Shown one piece after another: positions 35,601-48,869 of a stretch of DNA of 64,000 bases; within the stretch, counting starts at the first letter, position 1; each line of letters opens with the position of its first letter. The notes under the pieces were generated by a model. The model made no database searches. It had not been told where the DNA came from and was given only the letters and a program-made list of their open reading frames with translations. The position numbers and the translations under genes were made by a program. The DNA is from Azolla caroliniana (Eukaryota; Plantae; Polypodiophyta): NCBI GenBank assembly GCA_043228905.1, contig JBHGNT010000008.1, positions 4,340,001 through 4,404,000 on the forward strand. The letters are read 5' to 3'.

Positions 35601-38600
35601 GAGTCGGGAACTCGCAACATTGTGCCATAATCGGAATCGGCACCGTAGAGCTCAACCTTCCGGGTGGCTCTACACTCGTACTACACAACGTCCGAAACGT
35701 TCCTGAGCTTTCAAGACCCTTGATCTTAGTTGGACAACTTGACGAAGCAGCATCCTTGCTGGGTTCTCATCAGGAGGGTGGAAGGTACACTCTTTGTACC
35801 CTTTATATGTCACACTCAAAGAGGGTGACTTATTTTTGGTCGATATCCCAGTGTCATCATTATGGCACGAACGACTTGGACACCTTAGCAAGGCCGGCAT
35901 AACACACCTATACAGATCCAGTTACATCCCCAAGCTCTCCTTCTCAGATCACCAATTCTTCGAGCATTGCCAGTACGGCAAACAGGTAGCTGCATCACAC
36001 CCGACATCAGCACCAAGAGAATCGAGTCCCCTTGATTTGGTTCACTCAGACGTCTGTGGCCCGATGCCACATCAGTCTCTTGGCGGTGCTTTGTACTTCG
36101 TCAGTTTTATTGATGACTCGACTCGGAAGGTGTGGGATTACCCCATTAGAACCAAAGATCGGGTGTTCTCGATCTTCTCCGAATGGCTTGCAATGGTCGA
36201 AAACCAGACCGGTCGGAAACTAAAATGTCTCCGAACCGATAATGGAGGTGAATTCAAGTGTAACGAATTCATAAAATTTTGCCGGGAACGCGACATTCGA
36301 CGTGAATATACGACACCCTATAGTCAGGAGCAAAACGGAATTGCTGAACGCATGAATCAGACGATTCAAGAACGCATAGTATCCATGATCCAACACTCCG
36401 GACTGTCGAATGGCTTCTGGGTGGAGGCTCTACTTATGGCAGTACACATAATAAATATGTTGCCAAGTAGACCTCTAGGACTTAAAATACCTTAGGAAAC
36501 ATGGACCAACAGTAAGCCGAATTATGACAAGCTGAGGATCTTCGACTGTGAGGCGTATGCCATCATACTGAAAGACGACCGCCGGAAACTCGAACCAAGA
36601 TCAAGGAAATGCGTTTTCCTTGGATATGGACCTGACGACGATATTAGATACCGACTTTGGGACCCCGAGCACAAATAAATCGTCCGAAGTTCGGACGTCG
36701 TGTTCAACGAGTCGGTTATGCATAAAACGGCCGAAAGGCCAATTGAAGTCCGAAGGGTAATATTTTCCAAAGTGGCAACTCTTCATGAAGGCCCAACCCA
36801 CAACACAAGATCGGTTTCACGGGTAACTGACACCTCTCGTCCTGAATCCACCGATTCAGCACAACCGAGTGGCTCGGCTTCCGACCATCCGACACCTATA
36901 CCTGGTGCGATTAGTCCAGTCATACCTCGAAGATCCAAGAGCCTACGGGGAGGCAAGCGCGAAGGAAGACTCGAAGCCGACGGATCAAACCGGCAGCAAG
37001 CCGAGATGCGGATCACAGGAGACAGGTTTCTCACCGGCCGAAATCTCTCACCCTTCAGCCAGATTTGGCATGTACCGGTGGACGTGCAGTTAGGTGGGGG
37101 CGGATGTCGTGAAGAATTTCGGCCAGAGGCGGAAACCGGGAACATTGGCTACATCGGCGGGGTGCAGTGTGTGAACGCACCCATGTACATTTAGTGTGAA
37201 TATCGAGGGCGCCTTTATGGCGCCGAAGAGTAGTCAAGTCGGGGCAAATGATCCCATGTAAGGCGGGATTTGTCCCACATTGTAACGCATCCCTTTCCTT
37301 GTTCTATAAAAGGAAGGGAACGCCCTTTGTGAAGGGGTTGCCCATTTTGCATTAGAGGGTATACCGTTAGGTTTAGAGTTAGGTTCTTCTTCTTCTCCTT
37401 CTGTGTGTTTGTTTAGGGTTTGCTTGGGTTCGGCCTCCTGTGCAAGACCCCGCTCGTCGCGACGAGCTGAGAGCTCCCCGACGGCGGCTTGGTAGTAGAC
37501 AACTATTGTAACCTACCTTAGACCGGCTCGAAGCCGGGAATGTATTCTTCTATATATATACATACATTTGCGTCTGTCTGTGTATATCCGTGTCTCTCTG
37601 GTGTCGGGTGTTTCCCCTTTCCTGCGTTTTCTGTGCATAAGGGCGTGAGTCGGGTCGGGCTGTGTGTGCGTGTGTGCGTGCGTGAGTCGGTGTTAAGCAC
37701 GCTCTCTCTCTCTCTCTCCCCCTTCGGTTGCTTCCGGTGTGTTTCTGGGATGCCCCGGAAACGGTGAAGTGCGACTTCCTACGCTCCTTCGCTCCCAAGT
37801 CCAAGATCCCCGTGGTCCCGCCTTTCTCCACGCACGCGCGTAACAACGCGACATCTTTGGTGAACCCGACGTGAAGGGCGGCAAGGGAGCATGGAGATTG
37901 AAGAAGACTTCGACTTCGAGGAGATGATGGCAAAGATCATGATGGATGCGCGACGGAAAAAGGCGAGGCGAGATGCGGCTGAACAAGCCGTCGAGAGGGT
38001 GGTCGATCGAGTCGGCCGATTCAACGGGGACGATGTCCTGAGGTTCTTGGAAGCGTACGATGCCGAGATGGCGAAAGGGGGCGTAGATGAGGCGATGCGG
38101 CTAGAGTATTTTCCTCGAGTGGCGGCCGTATCGGTGCACAAGGAGGTCAAGGAGCTATGAGAAGCTCATGAGTCGTGGGTGTCCTTTGAGGGAGCCCTAT
38201 TGGAGGCGTACGGGTACACGGAACCGGAAGGAAGAGGTCGACATGAGTTCGATTGGTGGGTGTGCCGGCAACATGATGCGAGGCGGTCGGCCACAACACG
38301 GCCCGTGAGTGGCGGAGAAGAGAGAGCGGTGAGTGGGTACGCACTACTGCCGGAAGAGAGCTCAACGCAAAACGGTTCGGAGGAGCTCGACCTAGAGGTG
38401 CTAATATGGGAGTCATGCGAGCTTGTGAAGGCGAAAATCGGAGCCGAAGAAGGGCTTGTTATGGAGACGGGCCGGAGGCGATCGGAGGGTGTGGAGGAAG
38501 AAGCCTCCCTAGACGTAGAAGACGGGGCCTATACGGAGGCCGGGAGAGTGTACGACAGCGACATAGGAGAGGGTGCGGAGCAAGCGACCCTCTTGCCTTG

Positions 38601-38962
38601 CAGTGAAGGGACGGCCATGGAGGCCGGTAACTACGGATTCGGGACATGGCGGCCCGAAACATTGAGTGAGGAGCGGACAAGTGGCAGTGTCGCGACCTTA
38701 CACACACCGGTCCTAGAGACTCCGGCATCCGGCCCAAGAGCCGGTGTGAGACCTAGAGTGACGGGCGGTGGCGGCGGCAAGGCGGGCAACCGAGACAACG
38801 GTATGGAGACCGTGGAAGAGGAGGCGGCAAGCATAATTGATGCTTGCATATACGGAGGCGGGGTAGCCACGGACGACGATGTCCGAATGGAGGTGGCTAC
38901 GGGCATAGCATCGACGAGTGGCGGCGTTGCTACCTTACACGCACCGGTCCAAGAGACCCCGG

Positions 38963-40350
38963 TGTCGCGAAAATACGACGAGGATACGTGAACGTTGAGG
39001 CAAGACCCCGGGGCCTTTGTCTAGAGGATATCAAATTCGTGTATTTATATACTAAGAATTAACCGAAATGAGAAAGATTAACAAATTTTCATTAATAAAA
39101 GGGAAGGAAAGATTACAATCAATCCCAAGATTGGGATTACAAAAGTTTTATCTTATGGAGGTGATTAGAATAATAGATTAGAAGAAATAAGAGATTATGA
39201 TTCTTGAGTGATATGGCTTTGACAAGGAATTTTGGATTTTGAGAGATTGCTTCCGTATGGAGATTATGGTTTACTTGAGAGCTAGCTTCCGTAGGGAGGA
39301 TTAGGGTTCTTCGCTTCGATAAGATAAGAGAGCTCTCCCCAACAAAAGAAAAAAAATTTAGATAATATGGAGAGTCCCCTGTGTAGAAAAAAAAATGGAA
39401 TAAATATGGAGTTCCCTCTTGATCATAGCCTTTTCACTTTTTGTTGCATGGCCTCTACTTTTAGTTGCCTAGCTTTTTCTTTTGGTTGCATGCGACTGTC
39501 CACATGACCTTTACTTTTTCCATGCACTCCCTTCTTTAGTTGCTTGCATCCACATGGCCTTTACTTTAGTTCTCTTCACTTTACTTTAGTTTGTTGCATG
39601 ATCCAATCTTTCGTCCGTCCGCGTCCAACATCGTCCGGTAGCCGGTTCCATTTTGCTTGCCGGTCAGTTCCGGTTCCGATTTTGCTTGCCGGCCAGTTCC
39701 GGTTTGCTTGCCGGTTCCAGTTCCGGTTTTGCTTGCCGGCCGGTTCCGGTTTGCTTGCCAGTTTCGGTTCCGATTTTGCTTGCCGGCCGGTTCCGGTTCC
39801 GGTTTTGCTTGCCGGCCAGTTCCAGTTTTGCTTACTGGCCGGTTTCCGGTTTGCATACCCGTTCCGGTTCCAGTTTTTCTTATCGATCGGTTTCCGGTTT
39901 TGCTTACCAGCTGGTTTGCATACCGACCAGTTTCCGGATTGCATACCGGCCGGTTTCCGGATTTGCTTATCGGCCGGTTTCCAGATTTGCTTATCGGACC
40001 TGTTTTCCGGATTTGCTCACCGGCCGGTTTCCGGTTTTAGGGAATTTGGCCACCATCATCCATCAAGACAAAGTGGCCAAAGTGCTCTTAGCACAAATGA
40101 AAAATGAGGGAGCTCAAGGTGTTTATATAGCGAGGGCCTTAACTTTCCTATCTATGTGGGATAGTTCTAATTTCTCTATCTAATCAAACTTCATTTTTTC
40201 ATAACTTGATATGTATTTCTCCATTTTGTATATAGTATAGTACATTTTGAAGCTCTTGAGTATATCCATCTTTCTATAGTAAGCTACTAATCTAATCTAT
40301 AATAATTATTTCATTACTTTTTTACATAGTGTGTGAAGATTCACACGACA
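38963..40350. mobile_element. Solo LTR (TGTCG...CGACA), TSD CCGG, with an internal CCGG-rich minisatellite
   Basis: CCGG at 38959-38962 and 40351-40354. TTTTGCTTGCCGGCCGGTTCCGG-type repeats at 39640-40040. Confidence 0.8.
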
Positions 40351-40657
40351 CCGGCGGCCGGCCCGAGTGCCCGCATGAGACTTAGGGTAATGAACGGTGA
40401 CGACAGCAAGGCGGACGACCACGTCGACGATGTGGGAGAGGGTGCGGAGCGAGCGACCCTCTCGACTTGTGGAAAGAGGACGACCATGGATGAGGCCGAT
40501 ATCTACGGAGCAATGGATGCCACTTCGAGAGTGGGCGAAAGTTTCGGGACGCGGTTGCCCGAAACGTTCTACGAGGATTTCGCGAGCATACTCAAGGCTT
40601 GCGAAATCGAGGAAGAAGAGGAGACGAGCGGCGGTGCTGCGACCTTCCACACACCGG

Positions 40658-41299
40658 TGTCGTGAAGAAAACCGTCCACAAGCGGAATCAGTGCACCGGA
40701 GCATAGGAACCGGCTCTTCATGCACGTACGCCTTATGTTGTACATAAGAGAGAATTAGGGACATGGAAGATCCTAGGTAGGTAGATTTGGTAGGTAGGAA
40801 GTTAATAGGAAACGGCTCCCTTCTTGCCTATAAAAGGAGGGAGACGAGGAGGAGGAAAGGGGATCGCGGTTAGAGAGGACGAAGTGCTGTCAGGTTGTCG
40901 GCCGAAGGCTTCTCTCTCTTCCATACTCCATAGCTTCTTTCTGCGCAGGTTTTCGGGAGGCTCGCGCTGCTCTGAGGAATGCCCGAGTGCTTCCGGCAGC
41001 ACCTCCAACCTACTCCTTTCCTTCGGAGCGTTTACGAACAGGCATCGACATCTGTTCGCCGGCCTGTTCGGTTGTAACCGACTTCGTGCTTCTTGTTGTT
41101 TTGTCTTTGTTAACATATACATACATACATTCGTGTCTCTCTGTGTCGCTGTCCCACTCGCGTCTTTGTGTCAAAGGGCCGTGTCCCTGTGAATCTACGC
41201 TCGCACGTAGTGGGTCTCTTCTCCTTTCTCTCTTGCTCTTCGGTACAGGACCCCCGAGGTCCCGCCTCATTCCACGCATCCGCGAGGAATACCTCGACA
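40658..41299 (+). mobile_element. Solo LTR (TGTCG...CGACA), TSD CCGG
   Basis: CCGG at 40654-40657 and 41300-41303; CCTATAAAAGG at ~40827. Confidence 0.8.
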
Positions 41300-44200
41300 C
41301 CGGTCCTAGAGACTCCGGCAACTGGCCCGAGAGCCGGTGTGAGACCTAGAGAGACGGACGGTGGCGGCGGCAAGGTGGGCAACCGAAATGACGAAGAGGA
41401 GGTTTGTAACGGATGGAGGCGAGATCCCTCGACACCGGGGCCGGAGACTTCGGCGGTTGCGCCCGAGCGCGGACATAAGACCGGGGAGATGGGCGGTGGC
41501 CGTGAGGATGAGAGGCCCGGAGTAGGCACGTGCGAAAAGACCGAAGGAGAGGTCCGGAGCGGCATCGAGGAGCGAGTCGGGAACCGACCCGACCGAAAGA
41601 TGAGCCGGTTGGTAATCCGACCCGACCGGGAGGCGAAGCGGAAGAAGAGTGAAGCGGGGGCCGGTCAACCGGGCACGAACCGAAGGAAGCCGGCAAGACC
41701 GGGATTGTTTGATCGATTCGTAGCCGGCCGGGTACAGTTATGGTGGGAGCCGGTGAGAGCGAGAAGGAGGCCTAGTGGGCACGGTGATCACGGCTTGCTA
41801 GAAGACCGAGAGCGAGAGGGACCTTCCACACCCATTCTAGAGACTTCGACGGTTGCGGATCAATGTGAGACCGGAGAGACGGCGGGTGGCGGCGAGGAGT
41901 CGGAGGCCGAAGCGGACAAAGTTATCGGAGCGGGTATCCGGTATGAGATGATGGATGAGCGGGTCCAAGATGGCGAGCTCGGGTCGGAACGGGCTACGGT
42001 GACAAAGGAAGAAGTGGCCGACGCGGAGGTCGGGTCTACGGCGGATGAAGGGCGTCACATGAAGCATGCACTACGGTCGGTGAAGGGCCCAAGAACGAGC
42101 ATGCATCCAAGAGAGCGTCAACGAGTGACCGGAAACGGTGGACTGATTGAGCCTTTGAGAGGTGAGGACTCGGTGGTGAACCGAGAGTGGGAGGAACCCT
42201 CCACACCTACCCGTGAGGCATCGGCGGTCGCGGATTGAAAGGAGAACGAAGACGCGGTGGGTGGCGGCGAGGAGTTGGAGACCGACGCGGAGGTCGGGTC
42301 TATGGCAGAAGCACGACACGAGACGCATGCAATACGACCGGTGGAGGGCCAAGACACAAGCATGCATACGACGGATGGGCGGCCTACGGAGGATCCTTCA
42401 CACCGGTTCTAGAGACTTCGGCAGTCGGCAACGAGGTCGACGTAAGACCAAGATACTGACAGTGGCGGCGAGGTGACGAAGGCAAAAGGGGCTATGGATG
42501 GGCGGCCTACGGAGGATCCTTCACACCGGTTCTAGAGACTTCGGCAGTCGGCAACGCGGTCGACGTAAGACCAAGATATTGACGGTGGCGGCGAGGTGAC
42601 GAAGGCAATGGGCGTAAGGAAGTCCGGTCCTACGGGATCCCCACACTTAACCGGAGACCCCGGCTGTTCGGCCAACGTGGCAACGTAAGACCAAGGGAGA
42701 AGGAAGGTGGCGGCGGGAAACGGGACCCGACTACGCGGAAGACACGAGGAGAGTCCGGGAGGGACTCAAACAAAAGACACCCGAATTCCAGCCAGCATAG
42801 ACACGGAGTCCGGTCCTATGGGACCCTCACACCGATCCGGAGACCCCGGCAGTTCGGCCAACGTGGTAACGTGAGACCGAGGGAGAAGGAGGGTGGCGGC
42901 AGGGAACGGGACCCGACAACACGAGGTTTCGGAAGGAGCCGGTAGGGGCAAACATGGGGAGGTGTGTCAGGCCGAAAAGGCACACTTGGGACAGAACAAG
43001 AGTCTCTCAAGTGGCCATCGCGGGCCGGATCGGAGCGTGACTACGGGACGGTGTTCGGCGCGGGCGGGGCCGAACGAAGGAAGCGGAAGACAGCACAAGG
43101 GAGGTGCCGGGAACGAGGTGACAAGTGCCTAGTGGACTGCACAGGGTCGGAGTCAGGAGATGGCAAGAGAGGCCGGAGGAGGATCCTTCACACTCGCTTC
43201 GTAGATCTCGGTAGCTCCGTCAAAGTAGCGAAGACTGACACGGAAAGCCGGGATGACAAGTTGGTGGGGGCGAGGGGACGACGGCAAACGAAAGACTCAG
43301 GACCTGTTGCAGCAGCACGTAGACGGGAAGGGCCAAGCGGGCTACTACGGGGTGTTCCTCGGATGCGAAGGACACTAGTATGCGGGTGAGTGGCGATGCA
43401 CGATCTGGCCGGGAAAGGGGCCGATGAGGCGTGCAATGAACCGGAGTACGGCACAGGCGGTGCCAAACAACGGACGAGGGTATGTGGCACACGGAGGTGC
43501 CAGAGTGGAAAGGCATGTGCGGAGATCGGTTGCGCGGTTCGGAGGTATCGCGGAGAAGGCCGGAAAGGGATTCCCCACACCGTTCCGGAGACCATGGCGG
43601 TTCGAGCCGACGCGGCGATGTAAGACCATGGAGAAGGAAGGTGGCGCCGAGAGGACGAGGGCAACGCGAAACGACAAGGGACGGCAATCAAGACGACGCG
43701 AATGATCAACGGAGGCCGAGCAGGCCACTACGGGCGTTCATACGGCCGAACAAGGGCCAATGGAAGTACGCGTACTACGAAGATCGCGGAAGAGGGCCCA
43801 TCGACGGGTCGAACGAGCCTACGGGGAGGCAAGCGCGAAGGAAGACTCGAAGCCGACGGATCAAACCGGCAGCAAGCCGAGATGCGGATCACGGGAGACC
43901 GGTTTCTCACCGGCCGAAATCTCTCACCCTTCAGCCAGATTTGGCACGTACCGGTGGATGTGCAGTTAGGTGGGGGCGGATGTCGTGAAGAATTTCGGCC
44001 AAAGGCGGAAACCGGGAACATTGGCTACATCGGCGGGGTGCAGCGTGTGAACGCACCCATGTACATTTAGTGTGAATATCGAGGGCGCCTTTATGGCACC
44101 GAAGAGTAGTCAAGTCGGGGCAGACGATCCCATGTAAGGCTGGATTTGTCCCACATTGTAACGCATCCCTTTCCTTGTTCTATAAAAGGAAGGGAACGCC

Positions 44201-46493
44201 CTTTGTGAAGGGGTTGCCCATTTTGCATTAGAGGGTATACCGTTAGGTTTAGAGTTAGGATCTTCTTCTTCTCCTTCTGCATGTTTGTTTAGGGTTTTCT
44301 TGGGTTCGGCCTCCTGTGCAAGACCCCGCTCGACGCGACGAGCTGAGAGCTCCCCGACGGCAGCTTGGTAGTAGACGACTACTGTAACCTACCTCAGACC
44401 GGCTCGAAGCCGGGAATGTATTCTTCTATATATATACATACATTTGCGTCTGTTGGTGTCGGGTGTTTCCCCTTTCCTGCGTTTTCTGTGCATAAGGACG
44501 TGAGTCAAGTCGGGCTGTGTGTGCGTGTGTGTGTGCGTGAGTTAAGCACGCTCTCTCTCTCTCTCTCTCTCTCTCCCTTCGGTTGCTTCCGGTGTGCTTC
44601 TGGGATGCCCCAGAAACAGTGAAGTGCGACTTCCTACGCTTCGTCGCTCCCTAGTCCAAGACCCCCGTGGTCCCGCCTTTCTCCACGCACGCGCGTAACA
44701 ACACGACAACGTCTGACTCGACCAACCCAAAGTACAAGGCCAGATTAGTTGCGAAGGGATTTTGACAAGAACATGGCCTCGACTTCGACAAAATCTTTTC
44801 ACCAATGGTGAAAATGACAACCCTTCGTTTCATGCTCCGCATTGTGGCCGCCGACAACTTGGAGTTGATTCAACTAGATGTAAAAACGACATTCCTCCAC
44901 AGTGACCTACAAGAGGAAATCTATATGGTGCAGCCGAAAGGCTTTGTGGCATCTGGCCAAGAAGATCTAGTCTGCCGACTCAGGAAGAGTTTATACGGCC
45001 TGAAACAGGCACCCCGATAGTGGTACAAGAAGTTCGACAACTTCATCTAGTCGGTCGGCTTCTCCAAGAGCGATGAGGACCATTGTCTCTTCACCAAAAC
45101 AGCTCAAGACGGGTCTCCCGTCTTCCTCATCATTTACATGGATGACATGCTACTCTCCGGCTGACATGCCGTAGAGCTCACCAAACTCATTTGGAAATTG
45201 CGGTTGAAGTTTGCCATGAAGGACCTCGGTCTGGCAAGACACATACTTGGTATGAAGATTAGTCGACATTGCGATAAACGACAACTTTTCTTGTCTCAAA
45301 CCGACTATATCGGATGTGTCTTGGAACGCTTCAACATGCACTCGGCCAAGTCTGCTTCGACCCCACACCCCATTAACCTTCGGCTGTCTCAGCGAGACTA
45401 CCCGACATCCGGTCCGGAGGGGGAAGATATGAAGTCAATACCGTATGCACTGGCAGTCAGCTCCCTTATGTATGTGATGGTCGCGACACGGCCTGATATT
45501 TCTCACGCCGTAGGAGTCGTCAGCAGATTCATGCCCAACCTTGGCCGATCGCACTGGAACACAGTCAAGCATGTGTTCAGATATCTAGCTGGCACCAAAG
45601 AACACGACATTCTTTTTGGCCCAAACTCAACCTTAGGCGTAGTTGGTTACATCGACTTGGACTTCACTGGCTGCGTGGACAGTCGGAAATCAACAACCGG
45701 ATATTGTTTCAAATTCGGCAATGGAGCAATCTCGTGGAAGTCGAAACTTCAGGAGTGCACAACCACCTCAATGACCGAAGCGGAATATGTAGCTGCGCCC
45801 GACGCGGCAAAAGAAGCTTTATTTCTCGGTTGGCTGGCACACACATTTCGACAAGTCGACTTCGACTCGGCTCCAGTTGTCTACAACGACAGTTAGGGTG
45901 TTGTTGCCTTGTCAAAAAATCCGGTTCACCACAACGCCTCCAAGCATATCGACATTCGATATCACATTGTTCGGGACTACGTCATTTCAGGGAAAATCGG
46001 TCTCGAGAAGATATCCACAACCGATAATGTCGTAGATGGAATGACCAAGTGTGTTTCGGCGGATCGCTTCTGGTCCCTTCGGCACCAGATGGGCGTAACG
46101 AAAAATCGGTCCAGTTAAAGTTGGACACAGAGCACATGATGGTTTCGGACAACCGACCAGTTCTTTGAGGATCAGCTTCAGCTCTTCCAACCTGACCGGT
46201 TCGGTCTTCTGTCTTCAGATCTTGCTGACTTGAACAAAACCGATCTGTCTGATAAACCTTGTATATACCTGTAATTTCAGATAACCCATGTATACGCCCA
46301 TTACGGGGGAGTGTATAATGGCCGTATTCACACTGTACCTTTGGACAGTCCAAGTCTGGGCTATTTCTGTAAATAGCACAAAGGGCAGTTGCCCTAGGAT
46401 AGTCACTATATAAAGTGACTTTGTAGCCTTTAATGAAAAAGGGGGTGGTCATTTGTAAGTGTTGCTATTAAGAAATAAAACGTTTCTTTGTGC

Positions 46494-46538
<45 letters not shown>

Positions 46539-47849
46539 TGTGTGTGTATCTTGTTCATTCTCATGCACAGGTCCTTCAACATCACAGATGTTGGTTGTTC
46601 TTCCGCACTGACGACCTTGTCCCCAACACTAACTACTTGCCCTATGTATATATATATACATATATATATATGCTCATATACATAATAGACTATTTACAAA
46701 TATAGCCTTAATGGGCACATCTAGGCTATTTACAAATATAGCCCTGAGTTGACCACGACTGAATCTATTCAGATTCGATTATTCGACCACGACCGAATCG
46801 AACAATCGGTTTTTGTTTTTACGACTTCGACCAAGTTGCTGTCAACTGAGTCAGTCCTTTCTTCGATTCGTGCGCCTATTCCCATCTGGAGGGACCTATT
46901 ACCTAACAGAACTAGAGCAAGACAAGGTTCATCAAACAAATTCCATTATAAGGCACGAAAGCTACAATATGATTTACAACCGCGACCATATAGGCCGGAC
47001 TCAAGCACAACTAGAAGAAAACCTAACTGGATAGGGAGAAGAAGAAGAAGAACTAAACCCTAATCAAGAGAAAGGGAAATGATAGAGGGGGGAACCTAGA
47101 ACCAAAACCCTAAAACAAAATGTGAATAAGGTAAAGACGAACTAAAACTCTAATGGTCTACCTCAAAACAACAAAATGGCAACCCCCTTTATGGTGCCTC
47201 CTCACCCCCTTTTATAGTGGAAAAGGGTGCTCGGCTTATTACAAAGGAGAGGTCAAATATTCCACTCTTTTCAACGATGAATATTTTCCTTGATGGAGCT
47301 TTAACTCCCTCTCCTCTCATTTCTCACATACACACACCACCATGCCCCCTACTTATTACACCCTTACTTTCGTGCACTCCCCTTAGTCTACGTGTGCATG
47401 TGCATCTAAGTGCATATCACATTTATACTTCACAAACTTTGTAGTGTACTTTTAGCACCATACATTTTACCTTTCTGTATACATTTGTTTCTCTTATTCC
47501 TATTTACAAATTTACAAAGTGCATGTGAAGTGTTGCACATCCCAAATTTATTCGTCCCACTCTATTTTCTCACTGTAGCCGAAAATCCTCATGACAACAT
47601 GGCCCACGTTCCCCGATGTCCGGACCAAGAACTCTCGTGAAATTCGGCTAACGACTCCGACTGCTTTCCGCGTCACCACTCGGAGTGGTGCATCGACTTG
47701 CTTCTTCGGGTGTTGCCACATTACTCCGTCTCGTAGGAAGAATTTTCATTTTCTACCTTCTCGTTTTTTCTGTTTGTGCACTATCTTTCTTGATCTTTGC
47801 ACCTGAATATTCTACGTGGAATCGGATTTGGCCAATCACAATTCTAACA

Positions 47850-48530
47850 AAGTGGTATTAGAGCAATGGAAAACTCATTCAGCGGCATGTTCAAACTTAC
47901 CGGCTCCAACTATTCGGTGTGGAAGTCGAAGATGTGGGACATGCTTGTGTGCAAAGACCTCTAGATATCGATGGAGTTTGGAGATAAAAGGTCAGACAAG
48001 ATCGATGCATTGACTTGGGAAGTGTTGCATCTAAAGGCAAAAACATACATAAGGTGTTTTATAGACATGACTCTGTATAACAACTTTGGTGAAGAAACAA
48101 AAGTGGATGTCCTCTAGAAGAAGATCAACGTCATGTTCGAAAACAAAAACGTCGTTAACAAAGTATCAATCTTCCGGAAGATCGTGAGATTGAGGTATCA
48201 GGATGGCTCCAACATGGCAGAGCATATTAATGCCTTCCAAGGACTAATGAACCAAACCACCTCTCTAGAAGTACCTCTTGCCAATGAGGTATTATCAGTA
48301 TTGTTGCTGGATCCCTTTCAGACAGCTGGGAAACGCTGGTTGTCACATTGGGCAACGTGGGATCGGAAGGGAAACACTTATCCTTTGAGCAGGTGAAGTG
48401 GATCTTATTAAACAAAGAAGCTCACCGGAAGGACCGAGAGTCCATTGCCATCCCGAAGACCTTAGTCACAGAAAGTGACATGCATCAAGTAAGAGGCCGA
48501 AATTGAAGTCCCTAGAACCGAGATAAGTTG
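47850..48530 (+). pseudogene. gag: Copia gag remnant with PBS
   Basis: TGGTATTAGAGC PBS; MFENKNVVNKVSIFRKIVRLRY is homologous to the gag at 32908-33530. Confidence 0.75.
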
Positions 48531-48869
48531 GGGACATGTACTTCTATTGGAGGAAGTCGGGCCGCTTCCGTTGGGAATTTGATTCCTCCGGATGGGATCC
48601 GGATGAGAACAAGAGGAGATGGATCAGACGATGTCGAAGGAAGGAACTAGACCGGACGGATCCGGTGTGTGAACCGGATCCAGGGACATATCTATAAATA
48701 TGTTTCTAGTGTGCCTGTCATGGCCATATTTCTAAATAGTCCGAAAGTCATATAAGTATGAATATGACTTAGGGCAATCACTTTATAGTGAGGGTGTATG
48801 TAGAGAATCGAGATATTGTTGTATGGACACAAAGATAGATAGATAGATAGATTATATTATCGTCTTCGG

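Larger units (their letters stand above)
36940..44708 (+). mobile_element. GC-rich non-autonomous Gypsy-type LTR element inserted in the Copia pol
   Basis: Near-identical LTRs at 37106-37852 and 43981-44708 (TGTCG...CGACA), each preceded by PPT GGTGGGGGCGGA. PBS TGGTGAACCCGACGTGA is tRNA-Trp type. Short gag-like ORF (VGRFNGDDVLRFLEAY); no pol motifs seen. Confidence 0.8.
33898..46628 (+). mobile_element. Nested Ty1/Copia element, TSD CTAAC
   Basis: LTRs at 33898-34201 and ~46312-46628; tRNA-Met PBS at ~34204. Gag, integrase (HSDVCGP, FIDDSTR, RTDNGGEF; 35794-36495) and RT/RNase H (44710-46118). CTAAC flanks both ends. Confidence 0.9.
29744..46908 (-). mobile_element. Ty1/Copia element (degenerate gag-IN-RT-RH), TSD GAACT; its 5' LTR is split by a nested Copia
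   Basis: 3' LTR 29744-~30358 with PPT AGGGGGAGA. PBS TGGTATCAGAGC at ~33533-33544. 5' LTR in two parts, 33548-33897 and 46629-46908. GAACT at 29739-29743 and 46909-46913. Motifs FIDDYSR, RTDNGG, YVDDML, STTEAEY. Confidence 0.9.

Noticed and set aside
38179-44070. Many long overlapping ORFs on both strands
   Set aside because: Explained by GC-rich repetitive sequence with few stop codons; no recognisable domains.
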